Below, piece after piece: positions 23,601 to 38,000 of a stretch of 64,000 bases of DNA (its first letter is position 1; each line of letters begins with the position of its first letter). Below the pieces are notes generated by a model. It was not told where the DNA came from and did not search any database. It saw nothing but the letters and a program-made list of their open reading frames with translations. This DNA comes from Antedon mediterranea (Eukaryota > Animalia > Echinodermata): assembly GCF_964355755.1 (NCBI RefSeq), contig NC_092674.1, positions 7,936,001 to 8,000,000 of the forward strand, written 5' to 3'. The translations under genes were made by a program, and so were the position numbers.

Positions 23601-26600
23601 ATACCTATACTGCATTTTGATCCAGCCCAAGCCTCATGACATCCATTAGAACAACTTCCATCTCTATTACAATCTTCAGAGTCTTTGCAGTGACATTGGT
23701 AGTCACACAAAACACCAGCAAATCCAGAAGAACATGACGTAGGCTCTTTTACAAGAAAAAACTTTAAGTTTATTATATTACCAATTCAAATTATTAAATT
23801 GTATAAAATGATATGGAATGAATAATAGAAAATAATAACGAATTTAATTCAATGCTACCTAGACACTTGTCTCCAGTGAAACCAGGCGAACATGTTGAAC
23901 CGGAAGCACAACCTGTTACTTGACTGCAATCACTATTGCCACAGTTACATTTTTGCCGACATTCTGCTCCATAGTATCCATCCTCACACACTTAAAAACA
24001 TAAATCCCGTTTGATAGTTCAAGAAACTTTATTTTTTTTATCGTCGAATATACATTAGGTAAATAATGGTATGGTTTAGGATGTACTTAGATAAATCAAG
24101 TAAAAGTATATTGAAAGTTAAATAGTAAGAGTATAAACAATAGATATAATCATGATATTATAAAAGCAATAATTAACCATGAATATGAACATCGTATCAT
24201 TAGCATGGGTTAGCAATTTGAGGGACACCGGTATGGCTTAATCTCTGTCTACACTATCACTATAGGGCCGCATAAAATGTTGTAGTACAGACAGACCTAA
24301 CCGACATTATATTAAAATCATTAAAAAAAATACTCAATGTTAGTCTGCAAACTGTAACAATCATAAAACTGTCTCTTATTGTCAATAGACAATTTATTTC
24401 ATTCATTCATTTTGACAGTAAAAAACACATACAAATAATACTAGTTATTATACTAATATTAGTTATAATACTAACCTGTACGACAATCATTTCCTCCAAA
24501 ACCATTGATGCATGCACAACCAACCGGGTCAGGTGGACATAAAATAGATCCTGTGCAATTCCCGCCAGTAGCACACGCAATAGTGCAGTCACGACCCCAG
24601 TTGTTATTTCCACAACCTATTGAAAAAAATGGTTCTAGATTCATTTTTTTATTAATAAATTAAAATTTAAAAGTCTACATTCTCTGATTGTTATCGTGTT
24701 TTAAACATTATTATTATTTTGCTATTACCTGCTTCGCAAAAAGTGCCTTTAAATCCTGCTGGACAAATACAGACACCCGTCTTATCGTCACACACTCCAC
24801 CATTATAACATACTGGACAGTCCATTTTACAGTCTGGAGGATTCCATTTTGGAGAAGGACAAGCTAATAGAAAATATTGAACTAAATTTAAATACATTTG
24901 CAATTCTTGGAGCCATTTCGTTGGTCTGTTTCATTTTACAATAAAATTGACATTTTAATGAATTTCTAGTATAAATATTTTTTCCTTTTATATTAAGCTT
25001 AAATCAATTTAAAATTGTAAAGGAACCGAGATGCAGAAACAATTCGTCATTTATCAGACACATCATTATCCAAATGTTTAGTCTTGATTTGGTGTATGAT
25101 ACATTTTATTAGTATCTATTTGAAAAGGTAGAAATGATTATTATAAAAGCCTCAAAACCTACATCTAACAATTAGTCTCATGATACCATGGTCACCATCA
25201 GGACTATCACCTGTATAACATTCATATACGCCATCATCTTTTCTTCGTATGTTTTCAATCACAGCAGACGTATTACCCCTCAGATTGTGTATTTCTTCAC
25301 CGTAATTATGTCTCCAACGTAAATCGTCAAGATCACCACCTTCACTGAGATTGATAGTGACAGACTCTCCAATACCGACTGTTATCGTTCTGTACTCCAT
25401 TACAATAATAGCTATGTAAAGTCAACAATAATTGTTATAAATTATAATGTATATGTTTTAGTTAATTAGTGTTACCTTACTTGGCACGTACATTAATATT
25501 ATATGTTTTCATAATGATGATATAATGATGGGCATCATTGGCACTCACCAGCGGCAGATGTCAAGACAATTGCTGAATTTGTGACTATTTCGCCTTTCTT
25601 TGCTTCAAATGAAAATACTCCAACTCTCCCATCGGGTTGTAAGTCAGCAACACCTAGTAACATGTGGCGAGTGTGCACCCGATATTGAACCATGCTTCCT
25701 GTGCTAAATATTTTACCATCTGGCATATCTTTTTGGTTTAATCCTCTATCGGTAACATCATCAGTATCATCCCAGGTCACGTTATCTTTCCCATTGATAT
25801 TCTTGTATAATATTCCAACTGATAAATCTCTGATGTCTTTATCGTCTTGAAGTGCGTATCCTCGAAACCCACTACTACTAGATGACGTCAGTGGTGTGTA
25901 AGAATGTAATGTTATATCCAATGGATCTGCAAATAGATAGATAAAAATAATTCATTTTAAATTTTAAACTTGCAACTTGCGTATCCTCGAAAATCACTAT
26001 TACTACATCCATGCTGACTTAGAGAACAGTGTTGTATCTAATGGATATGTAACAACTAAAAAATGTTATGATCAGCGGTGCAGATTTTACAGAAGTCCCA
26101 CACATTTCAAACTTTAAAATGATTTATATTTATTTTCTGTAACGTTGAATGATGTAACTTTCGGTAATCATATGAAGTGTAAATTTTTCAAATGATAAAA
26201 TAAGGCTACAGTTATTAAAATGAGAAATTCAACCAGGAAATTGTGTAAGCAAGCAATTTGAGAATTAGGTGTAACCAATGCCGTAAAGTAATACACAAAA
26301 GAAAGATGCACCGTCCTTAGTGGATTTCCAACGGTGTAAAAGTGTTACTTTCTAAATTAATCCTTATAGGCCCTACTTAAACTTGGATTGGGGATTGGTG
26401 ACATTTTATATTGTGTCTAACATGGAAAAATGAAATACAATCTTCTAAGCTGTGCAAATATATTTTAATACTATTTAGTACAGTATAACCAAATTAAACC
26501 TTAAAAGTCCCTTAATATGCGTTCTACTGTATTAAGATATGCAGATTTATATGGCAAACAAATATGCCAAATTGAACAATGATTAAAACAGGATACATGG

Positions 26601-27244
26601 AATTGAAAAGAATTGAAGCTTGTGTAATACGTAAATTTGTTAAATTAAACACATTTTTTTACAACATGGATCCACTAATTGGTCAGATTTCACTTGTTTG
26701 AAAAAGTTTTTGAAATCGGACAGACAACGAAAATGTGGTAAAATCAGGTAGTGTAGGTTATAAAGTAGTTAAAGTCCCTTGAATACAAAGTACAAATTAA
26801 TGAGTGGAAATTAATGATAACATTGCTGTATACGAATGAAGTAAAACACACATGAAAATCGCCATGCATTGGACAAAGCCAGAGAAACATAAACATATAA
26901 TTATTATGAAGATCCATTTTTGTACTAAAAACCATCTATATGAATATAATAATTGTTTGTCTTTTTTTTATTAAATCAACCATTTTTTAAGCACACTCAA
27001 AATTGTCCCTTCTTCTTAATAAAAGTGTCCCCTCTCCTTAATAGACGTGTCCCCTGAATATGGGTTGGAATTAGTGGTAAAACATATATTGCCCTCATTT
27101 TTACGATAATACAAGTTTATTCGCAATTCTAATACAAGATGCTGAACCAGGTTTACCTGGCCGCCTACCTGAAGATCCGAATTGGAACACCAAACAGAGA
27201 GCTATAATCAGGCAGAACAAGTTTGGGAAAAATGCTACAGTCAT
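20694..27244 (-). CDS. Gene C: complete kinase-less Tie-like receptor with ITAM tail, ~822 aa
   Basis: 13 exons: 27169-27244 (MTVAFFPNLFCLIIALCLVFQFGSS), 25549-25926, 25163-25411, 24729-24863, 24476-24616, 23859-23990, 23605-23745, 23160-23465, 22696-22763, 21772-22012, 21363-21653, 21058-21136 (TM), 20694-20925 (tail ...DTDYQSLSKKYEGSQYEDI...EHVYANP...EHIYDNIVEK*). Sum 2469 nt, open. Confidence 0.88.
22177..22675 (+). mobile_element. HINE/Helentron-like element with ~140-bp tandem units
   Basis: ACAAGGCCATATACATGGC...(GACC)n ATAGTGAGCTATAG, hairpin AGTCGCGTtcgcACGCGACT, AAAAA, then three units beginning AAACATTTATATTTGCCTCCAAGTATTAATAT. Confidence 0.7.
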
Positions 27245-28279
27245 CTCCACTATCGTCACTTACTAGTCCGACACTTATCTCAGACAAATGCCGTTTGATA
27301 TAAAGCAATACAATTACAGATGAAGCAATAAAGTAAACAATATATTACACGTTATCAATTCGTCTGCAATATCAAGTATTTCCTTGTGTGTATAATGTGT
27401 CATTTATTTACATATGATTCAATGTAAAAGGGACTTTTATTCTGATTATTGCATCCTTTTTCACATGCTCAATTGATAATAAGAGAAATTTGAGATTAAT
27501 TATTATCTAATACAAACCAGAGATGACAAAAGTAGGCCTACACTTTATATTGACACTCAATTTCTATTTTTACTCTAACGCCTTAAATTTAGCATTAATG
27601 GCATTATTCTTCATTTATTTATAAATACCATGTAAAGCTGAATGATATTTTTAATCTAATCTTATTTATTATGATACGCCTTCCTCTTCAGATATTCCAA
27701 TCTGTGTTGGTCTAGCCTATTTGGTTTGTATTCAAACTCAATCAATCAATCAATGTTGATACAATAAAATGTTCCAGTACAGGGGTTGCGTATGTCAAAT
27801 GTATGCAAAAGCAACAGCAGATTTATATAAGTTATATTTTTCAAACAAACTATGATAAATTTACTAATTATTATTTAATTTCTCTTTCTTATGTTTATTT
27901 AATTCTTTAATTTCGCACAAACATTAACTTTTGTTTATATTAGGCCTAATAGGAGCTGACTTTTTTTGTTTCTGCTGTAAGACGGCAACTTAGTTAATAA
28001 GAATTTTGTTTATTTCAATTTACAATTCTCTCTGTTTTTGAGGTCTTCAGATTATTATTCTTTACCACAAAACTTCTGGTTCTCACTTCCACCCCTTGGT
28101 GGTTCTACACGGTTTGTGTTTAATATTCGACCAGAAAGTCAAGAATATTTGTGACGTGTAGGCCTAGGCTTGGACTTTGAGATAGTTTATTAAAGATGTA
28201 AATAAAACAATAAGAGTAAGACCTAACTAATTCACACACAATAAATGGACGAAAACCCCGACTTTCAATTCAATTTATT

Positions 28280-28318
<39 letters not shown>

Positions 28319-29091
28319 GTTCTAATATTATATTACTATCAATGTTCCTACATCAAATTTAAGAAGTGATTATAATAATTAGATCAAATAATACATCTTC
28401 ACATTCAGTATGGATTTGCAAGGTGAGATCTATTGGATATTACTATATACATGTTTTTTTTAGTTGTTGTCAAATTATGAGTTTGATACTGGATTACTGG
28501 ATATGGGCATTGCAGTCTGTGTTCAATCTTTGTATTTGTGTACATAAACTTTATTTATATTTTCAGTTGTCCATATAATAGTGTAAATATCTGTCAAAAA
28601 GTTATTAAAGCACAATTACTTACCTCAGTCATAATCTTTACTGAAGTCTGGAATTGTTTTTATTGATTATTCAATATTATTTTAATCACATCAGTCAGTA
28701 ATGGAAGTCTTTTCGATTTTAATAATCATTAATTCTAAATCTTATTTATTTTGTTTCCGCTTGAATCGTATTTGTGTACTCATTGTGTGTTCTACATAAG
28801 TGAGTATTTGTCTATTGTGTTTTCTTGTACACCCACTTGATAACTTTCGTTGCTAATAAATAATAGGAGCTTTCTGCTTGACTACACATATGTCGAGTTA
28901 AAAAATCACTATGAGCATTTGCAGTTTAGTGGAACGTGTACACAAAAGTTCTCTATGACAAAGAAATGTTATCTGCTTAGGGTAATTATTTAAAGAAATT
29001 GTCGATTATAATTAAATACACTTTCCTAACCACTACAAATTACAGTCTTCGTTGTTTTTAGACTATGCCTAGTTATAATTATTGACTTCAT

Positions 29092-32000
29092 TTATTTTTC
29101 TTCCGATACTCTGTTGCCATCATCACACCTTCTCAGATAACACAATGCAGCGTCATAGCAAAAGTTGTATTGGATCTAAATTAGTAAAATAATAATAAAA
29201 ATACTGTTAAATACAAAGTAATACGTTCACGTAATGTGCTTATTAGATTAGTTAATCACTCTTCCCTGGTTAGTCCTACGATTGTTACGTATATAATTTT
29301 CTTATAAACTAAATTTCCTCACTATTAAAACTAAATAAAAAAAAAACTTGTCTTCTCACCTCAGAGTCCACCATAGTGGGGCATGCTGACCGCAGTGCTT
29401 TAAGTGTTTGGAATACATCTACTACCTTTTCATCTCGCATTTTCTCGATCATAGAATAAACTAGACAGAACAAGCCTGATCTGGAAACACCGTCTCTAGA
29501 GATTGATATAGATTGTGTTTTTATAGTTTCCATAAAACTTAATTTAAAACTGACCAGCTTACAGGCCCGTCGTGTTTCCACAGCTACAAATTAACTGATA
29601 ATTAGCCGATAACCGGGGTTTAACTGATTCTACTCGAGAAAAATTAACCGATAATTATCTCATTCAAATCGGATAACTATCGGGAAAATGCGATAAAGTT
29701 TTACCTTTGACCTGAAGAAAAATGGTTGTGTTGTGAGTGTGTACCTGGTTGTTTTATAATGAATGATCATGCGCACTTTATTTTTTAATTGATTACCTGA
29801 TTGGTTCACAAATTTTTTTTTTGGATGCGAAAACACATGTCATGTGTCTACGTTGAAAATACAAAATGTTAACATAATTATAAAATTTCAATATTTTTAG
29901 TATTACATAATACGATGACAAACTGCTGTAGAAAGAATACGTTACATTTTCCGTTACTAATAGGCCTATATTAATATTCTAATAACAAAATAGAGAATAT
30001 TTCAATTTATACCCACGTGCAATGAACAGTGATCGGTGTATTGATAGAAGACGTAGCACGTCCTTCCATTATCGTCCTAATGAATTTAACAAATGCATCA
30101 ATTTCAGGAACAGGTTTATTTTCTGGCCATTGGTTAACTTCATACAGAATAATTTGCTGTACATTGTTATCCTATAAACACAAAACAGAGAGTTATTAGT
30201 TTAAATTGTACTTACAAACATCTATTTTATTGTTCTTTGTTCAGATTTCTGTTTTCGCGATGACAATTTCATTTAAACGTGTCATCATGTCTTAGGAATT
30301 ATGTAAACAATTGTTCTATTGCAGATACTCCAGTAACTACATCGCTTACTACAATAAGGATAATCTTAGTTGGTTTCAGTGCAGAGGTGTAGGTATCTAT
30401 TATATTGTAATCTTCAAAAGAATATTGATTATATTTGTTATAAAACTTTAAAAATATAGATACTGCTGTAACTCATGCATTACAATTATTTTGAGATGGT
30501 ACTTCAGTAAAATACAACAAGAAAAAAATTTAGTAGGTCTAACCTTTTTTAGATTTAATTTTCTCTCAGTCATAAATTCGTTCTGAAAGTTTGACTTAGC
30601 AGTCACGGTTAATTCACCAAATGGTTGTTTTTGGTTGATCTTTTTCGGGAGGTACATGGCACTCGTTAGGTCTTCCATCTCATGTAGTTGTACAATGACG
30701 TCAGATTTACAATCAAACACCAAACGCCAAAAATCGATCGTGGTATCCGATAATGGTGTCCGAGTAACAACAAAAGCACGGCGACCCTTGTGACGCTAGG
30801 ATATAAATAAAAGATAACACCGGAAAATATTTGTGTTAAAATAAGTATTTAAAAAAGAGTATTTCTTCTATAATTGTCTTGCAGGTGAATATTACTATCT
30901 TTACAAATTGCTTTTGAGATCTTTTTTCATTTTATTACGTTCTCATATTAATTGAGAAACAACATGTTTTTAGGTTCAGTTTGATTTCACATAGCGCTAG
31001 CTTATGCCCCTCGCTTTCCTTTGAATGAAACGTTCATGTCCTCATACCTCAATGAGCGCAGCATTTACGTAATCTGCACCACTGCCAACATCCAGATTTA
31101 GTTGAAAACATCCTTTAGTCACTGTGATAAATTAAATAATTTTAAGAAGCTTAATATCAGAAATTATAATGTTTTTTACTCAAATATGAATGAAAGAAAT
31201 AAATGTTTATTTGAATTTGAATTGAATTGAATTAATTGATCTACTAATAATCGGGCTTATGACAGTCGAGGTTCTAATCCACATCAAAATCGTGATCATA
31301 TTTAATAATCTTTGATGAACACATGCAATTCAAAATTGCTATAAAAAACCGACTGAAAATTACTACATTACACAATTGAACCGTTCTCAATTGTGACGTT
31401 ATGTTCTTGCTGTTTAATAATAACCACATTATATTTAAAAACTTTCTTTATCAATAATAGTCAACGTATAGTAATAATTGGTCAGTTGTTTGCCCTACTT
31501 TTACGTCATTTGTACATACCGAGAATTCTCGGGTACATTATCATCAACATTGTTAATTACACTGATGTATTAAGTATGTAACTTACGGAACAAAACATTA
31601 TGAAATGTGTCCTGGCAACTGACATCTTGTCGTCTAGTTTGTGACGCAAGATCTTCACCAGGATGTGGAAACAAATTACGCAACGTCTGCGAATAAATGC
31701 ATTGTTTAATACAAAATGTTTAGGATATCCGAATCGTATATTCGTCATCGATGTCACAACCAACATTGCTACTATTAGTCATAGCCATTTCCTTTTTTTT
31801 TTTCTTTTTATGCGTGTGCTTAAAACGCAGGCGAAAGAAATCCAATTTACTATTTTTGTATTTTCTTCTTTTTTAAAATTTTCATAACATAACGTGTTAG
31901 GCAATGTATTGCTCCCCCTTTTGTATGAAATTCATTAGGTAATTTAAGAATTGGCAGTCAGTTTTTATGTGTGTTAAAAACTCGAGAGAAAGAAACATAT

Positions 32001-35000
32001 TATTTCATTGGGAAATATTTTTTTTTTTCTTTTCTATGTATTTTATCATTTTTTTAATAACTTTATGAATTCAATTTTTCGGTTTTTGTTTATGCTTTAT
32101 TAATATAAGACTAATTAGTTAAACAAGACAGTCAGACAGTAATTCTTTGTAATATAGAGAGATTCGTTCTGGTGTTGATTCTGAGAGGATAATGGGTAAT
32201 TAATTTAAAAATTAGAACAAATCATGCTTTACCTCAAATTCTTTCTTTAATTGATGCTTCGTTACATAGCCATGCAGTTCGGATAACTCAATAGGTTTAT
32301 AGTCTTTATTTTCAGATTCTTCATAAACAAGGTCCGGCTCAGGCTCAGGGTCAGCGTATACGGGTTCAGTGGAAGAAGCAACAACTTTTGACTTAATATT
32401 AGTATATTCACTGTTATTTGCAAATTCCGTGACGTCATAAACATGTTCAGGTTCCGGCTCCAAATCAGAATCTGGCTGCGTGTATACGGGCTCAGCACTG
32501 TTGCAATAGGCATGTTCAGGCTCCTTTTCTGGTTTTGTGTATACATACATGGCAGAAGATTTAGTGGCAGCAGTAGACTGAATATTTTCATATCCTCTTT
32601 CTTTTTCAGACACATTTTGATATTCCGTATCTACCGTGCTTAGGCCTAAATTTTGTTGACTAGTTGAAGATTTACCAACGTTGCCTTTGGGAAACAAGTG
32701 TCTAAATCTGAAATGAACAAATCATAATGTTTAAAAGAATGTATGTGTACGTCATCACCATTTTTATATTCTCTGTAATTGTTTTTTTTTTTAATTTTGT
32801 TAATGCAGATAGTTGTAATATTTACAATTTAGTATGATATTATTTTTGTAATACTGTACTTATTATCTGAAATATGTTTGTAATAATATTTCTGTAAAAA
32901 GTATTATAATACTTACCGTTTAAATATTACCAAAATGATTGCTACTGCGGCAACTACGGAAATTAGTGAGCCAATTACAACTCCTATTACGGTACCTAGA
33001 AAATTATTTAATGCTTATTATGTTCATAAAGTAGTCATTTGAGGAGGGGGGGGGGGGGTAGCAAAACAGTACAAAGGAAAATGTAAGAAATTAAGGGAAA
33101 AATAGAAGTAATATGATTAAAGAAATATATATATTTGAAGACAAATATTACTGATTATTTGTAATGTATTTAATTATGATGTGAAGGAATAAAGTGGTGG
33201 TTTACGCCACAAAGGAGAGAAAAAAACGTAGTCATTAGGCATAAGTTATAAAAAAAAAACAATGGCTTTAATAGAAAAAAATATTTATTTTTTTATATTA
33301 AAATGTTGTTTACCTATATAATCCATTCAAAGTTCAATATTTTTCTTCGTAGGACTAAGATTTTCGATTTTTATAGTTACTGAATTCTATTCACAAAGCA
33401 CAAACAGTAAGGAACTAACCTTGCTTCTTTTGATCACAATCTGTACCAAAGATAATGGTCATTACGTCAGATGTCCCTCTTACGTTTAAATAAGACGCTA
33501 AAACTGTGAATGTATATTCTATACACGAATCAATGCCTTCGTCAAAAACAACTTCAGTTTCTGTTGTAGTTCCTTGCTGAAATATTCCACCTGATAGTTC
33601 ATAATGGTAGGTCACCTGATAGTCTGGAATGTCACATGTAGAAGCGTTCCACTTCATCAGTAAATGTGTTCCATTTGAAAATGAATTGCTTTGTATCGAT
33701 GGCTCTATTATTTGAAAAAAGAATAAATAGGCCTATACTATATTAAAAATAATTACTGTGATTATTAGGACTATCCTATGAGTAAATCTTTAGATTTAAT
33801 ACAATATAGTTAATAATAGGAATAAGCATACCTGAGGGCGATGTTTGTACCGTTATGTCCTCTCCCCAATTACCAGCAATCTCTAAGTTATTAACAACTC
33901 GAGCGTTTACGACATAATCTGTACAGCTTGATAATCCTGATAGTTGAACTTCTAATTGAGAACTGCTTGTTGTGTTGACTACATTTAGTATATTTCCATC
34001 TATGTCCGAGTACTTCACTTGATATCGAAGAATATAGTTACACTGAATTCGTTCATAATCACTAGAAACAGGCTGAATTATATAAAATAATCCGTCAGAA
34101 AGAATGAGAATGAGAACTTTTTCAGACATAGGCCAATAGAAATTTAGCTTAAAGGGGGGATTTGGGTTTAAAATGAATAGTAAAAAATGTAAAATATATT
34201 TGTTTGTCTCCTGAACGGTAAAAGTTTCAATTTATATAAGCGCCCAGTGAAGCAGAACGAAGGCTGTGAAATCAGGCCAGATTAAAAGTGCAGCTACGGC
34301 AAAATCACACTGTGGTTACAAAATAGGAAATTCGTGAAATGGTCCATCTTCCGACGACTCGTTATCATTAACCATATCAATTACTTTTGTAAAATTATAC
34401 TTATCTGATGTAATTTTAGTCGGTCTTCCCATTTATAAAGTCAATTTTTTATGAAAATTCATCAAAACAGTGAAAAATTAGATATGTTTGCACTTTACGT
34501 TTGCCGATTTTCACACCGACTTAGGGAAAAATCAAAATCAATGAAGCGTAACGTATACTGTACATTCCTGCTGAGGATCGAGCGAGACGACGATACACGT
34601 GCTCTCTCTGCTGCCCATGCTTGGCATCGTCACGTTATAAGCAGATACAACAATACCAAACTGGTCGGGTCGAGTATACCCCGTCTATAATCACAACATG
34701 AACGATGTACAGTATTTGATTGAAGGTCGACTCGACCTTCCGGAATGGTATAGATAATATAGCTCGAATGAGAGAGTTGGAATATTTGTGTAGTGCAGCC
34801 TATAGTAAAATGCCTGGTAGTATCAATTCGCATAGGGTCTACTACACTAGCTAGCTCAATTTTTAACTGGGCCGGATCGGCTAGGTCTCCTTCCTACTAC
34901 CTGGTCTACTTGCTTGATGCATGAGTATTCCGCTTTTTTGGAGAATAAACTAGCCTAAGCCTATTTTATTTTAGGCCTACTTAGACGATCGGGACACCAT

Positions 35001-38000
35001 ACGTGTGGACGGCGGCGATCGGACCTTGTTTTGCTTCAATATTTACAGCCGATTTTGTAGAACGTTTTAGGTTTAGATTGTTTAGGAGTTTGGTTGATAG
35101 GATGGGTTTTGTTATTTATGGGCCAATCGTCTAGTAGTAGGCTAGCTAGGCCCAGGGACCCCATTGTTTTAACGTAGCCATCGTGGCGTGGAATCCCTAG
35201 TCAGAATGGCTCTCGCCCATTAGGCTAGGCCTAGAGTAGTATTGTACGTGAAGCCGATAATACGATCTGTACTATAGTATAGAGGTATAACAATAGTATA
35301 ATTTATGACTCCGTAATCTGTACTAAATTTTGTATTTCATTAAATGTCAAATAAATATATGCTACTACTGTTATTATTACACTTTAGGCCTAGCTTAGAA
35401 AATCTACAAAAAAATGTATTTCACAATGATCGGGTGGTCGTCGTTTGACAGGGGAGAGAGAGTTTTGAATCCACTGGTGACGTGATTTTGTGAATATCTC
35501 ATGAATATTAATGAGCTTCCCTAAGCTGCAGAAAAACAGACTTTCCATGAATTTACCCTAAAATGTATATGAAATTTAATTTTTTTAATTTCTCGTTATT
35601 ACTTCTTCATTCTGACATGTCTATATTGTTATAATATTTTTTATTTAATAAATAAACGATATTTAAAAGCAATTTTAAACCCAGAATCCCCCTTTAATCC
35701 TGTTAGCGGATAAAACAAGTTTACGAAAATTCCATTTACGTAAGTGAATGATTTGTGGAATTATCCTTGTCTACAGCAGCTCTCCGTAAAAAATGTAGGC
35801 CTATACAACACGTAAGTCAATTATAATTATATACAATTTTCAAACCTACTACTGTAGTTCAGGGGAATGGGTTTGTTTCCCTTTACTGGGATTGGAGTAA
35901 GAAACCGGCATCTATAAACGGAAAAACAGGAAACAAGATTGATATACTATTATTTACACCAAGCAAAACGTGTGAACAAAAAAAAATACTTTAAAACCTC
36001 TAAACACAATTTGACCTGGTTTTCTTCAACAGATTTCAGTTCTATCTCAGGTTCTTCCAAAGGTTCTATAACATAAAGAATGAAATTGCTGAGCAAACAA
36101 AAATCATGACGACATGCTTTATTAAATCGCTTCTGTATAAATATAGTTTAAAATGTATTCTCAAAATGCACATTATAAAAATGTAAAAGTAGTCCAATAT
36201 GTTTCAATTTTATAACTGACCTTCACAGATTGTGTTAGTTGTTCCAAGTGCACTTCTTGGTCCATCTACCTCAATACCACCAACCATCCTCGAAAATTGA
36301 GAGTAAAATTGGTATTGTGTATTTGGGATGAGATTATTTATAACAAATAATACATCGTTATCTGGTTTAGCCATGGATATAAATGAATCCATTTGAGATG
36401 ATTTGTACTCAAGCTTCCGTTTTGTGATTGTGCCTGTTCCATAGTCTTCACCAGGAATCCAAGTGACGTCAAAAGTTAAGGTAGTTGCTGTCTGATTTAT
36501 ATCACGTTGCGATTCAGTGTGGTATGGTAAAGCTATTTAATAAAACACATATTTGTGTATATTTTTAACAAAAACGGTGCTTTTTAATTTAACTTATATT
36601 AATAAAACAATATAAACATGTAAGCATGGAAGGTGATTTTTTTTTCGTTCACCTTTCTTCACCCTCTCCATTTCTCCTTTCTCCCAACTTTAAATTCAGA
36701 AAAGTATCTCAAAGCTTAGGGTCTAATTATTCCTCATAATATAAATAAATGTGTGTCGTTACCTATGCTGCAATTTGGTCCAGCCCAAGCCTCGTGACAT
36801 CCATTAGTACAACTTCCATCTCGATTACACTCTTCAGAGTCTTTGCAGTGACATGGGAAGTTACACAAGACACCGAAGTATCCGGATTGACATGACACAG
36901 GCTCTTTACAAAAAAAAATATGATTATTATGTTTGTCATTAAAACTATTTAACTCCAAAACTAATACAAGCTTCTGCAATTGTCTAAATCTAAAGAACAT
37001 ATGCTATAGGTTCTTTGCTCAATATTATCACATTCGGTACAGCTCATTAGGAAGTATACTCTACAGTTAGAGGGAAAATGGCACTGTGGTCATGTTAACA
37101 ATATAGATTATCTGATCAAATTCCTAGAAAGTAGGAAACATTTTGCCATTTTTTCCTGACTGTTCATGGTTCTCACACAAAAATAAGACTGTACAGTATT
37201 TTCAAGGTTGTTTTTCTTTCTACATGGTAAGTTAACAATATTTACAAAGGAAACATAAAAATGATAATAAAAGAAAATGGTATCGAATTGTCAAATATCA
37301 TTACCTAGACACCTGTCACCGGTGTAGCCAAACAAACATGTTGACCCAGAAGTACATCCTGTATCTTGGGTACAACTGATGATATCACAGTTACATTTTT
37401 GCCTACAACCAGCTCCATGGTAACCATCCTCACAAACTTAAAAACATAAAACAAAGAACTTTTGTAGGAAAACTCATTTCACAAAGGTGACAAGCAGAGC
37501 ACAAATAATGGAAAATATAGGCCTATTAATATACTTGACCAATTATAAAGTATTAATTAGGTATACATTATAAAACATACTATTCAACAAACCATTACCA
37601 TAAATAACGAAAATTGTTTATTTTTAGCATAATTGTTTTTCTGATCTTTGCTGATACATTTAATGATAATATAGACCTAATTAAAATCTAACCTCTTTCA
37701 CAATCACTTCCTCCAAAACCATTGATGCATGCACAACCAACTGGATCAGGTGGACATAGAAGAGATCCTTGACAATTCCCAACAGAAGAACATACAGCTT
37801 TGCATTCACGACCCCAGTTGTTATTTCCACAGCCTATTAGTAAACAATCATTTCCGTATCAGTATATTCTATTTACACATTGCTATTTTGTAATAATCAA
37901 AACATAATTAACATAAATCACATGCTATGTTTGATATGTTTTTAAACATGAATTTGTCTTTACCAGTTTGACAATAATTGCCTTGAAATCCTGCTGGACA

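Noticed and set aside
32110-32181. Possible extra exon NQHQNESLYITKNY... after the D tail exon
   Set aside because: It would need a ~50-nt intron and ends in a stop with no good donor. The exon at 31587-31686 fits phase and PTP homology better, although an alternative terminal exon is not excluded.
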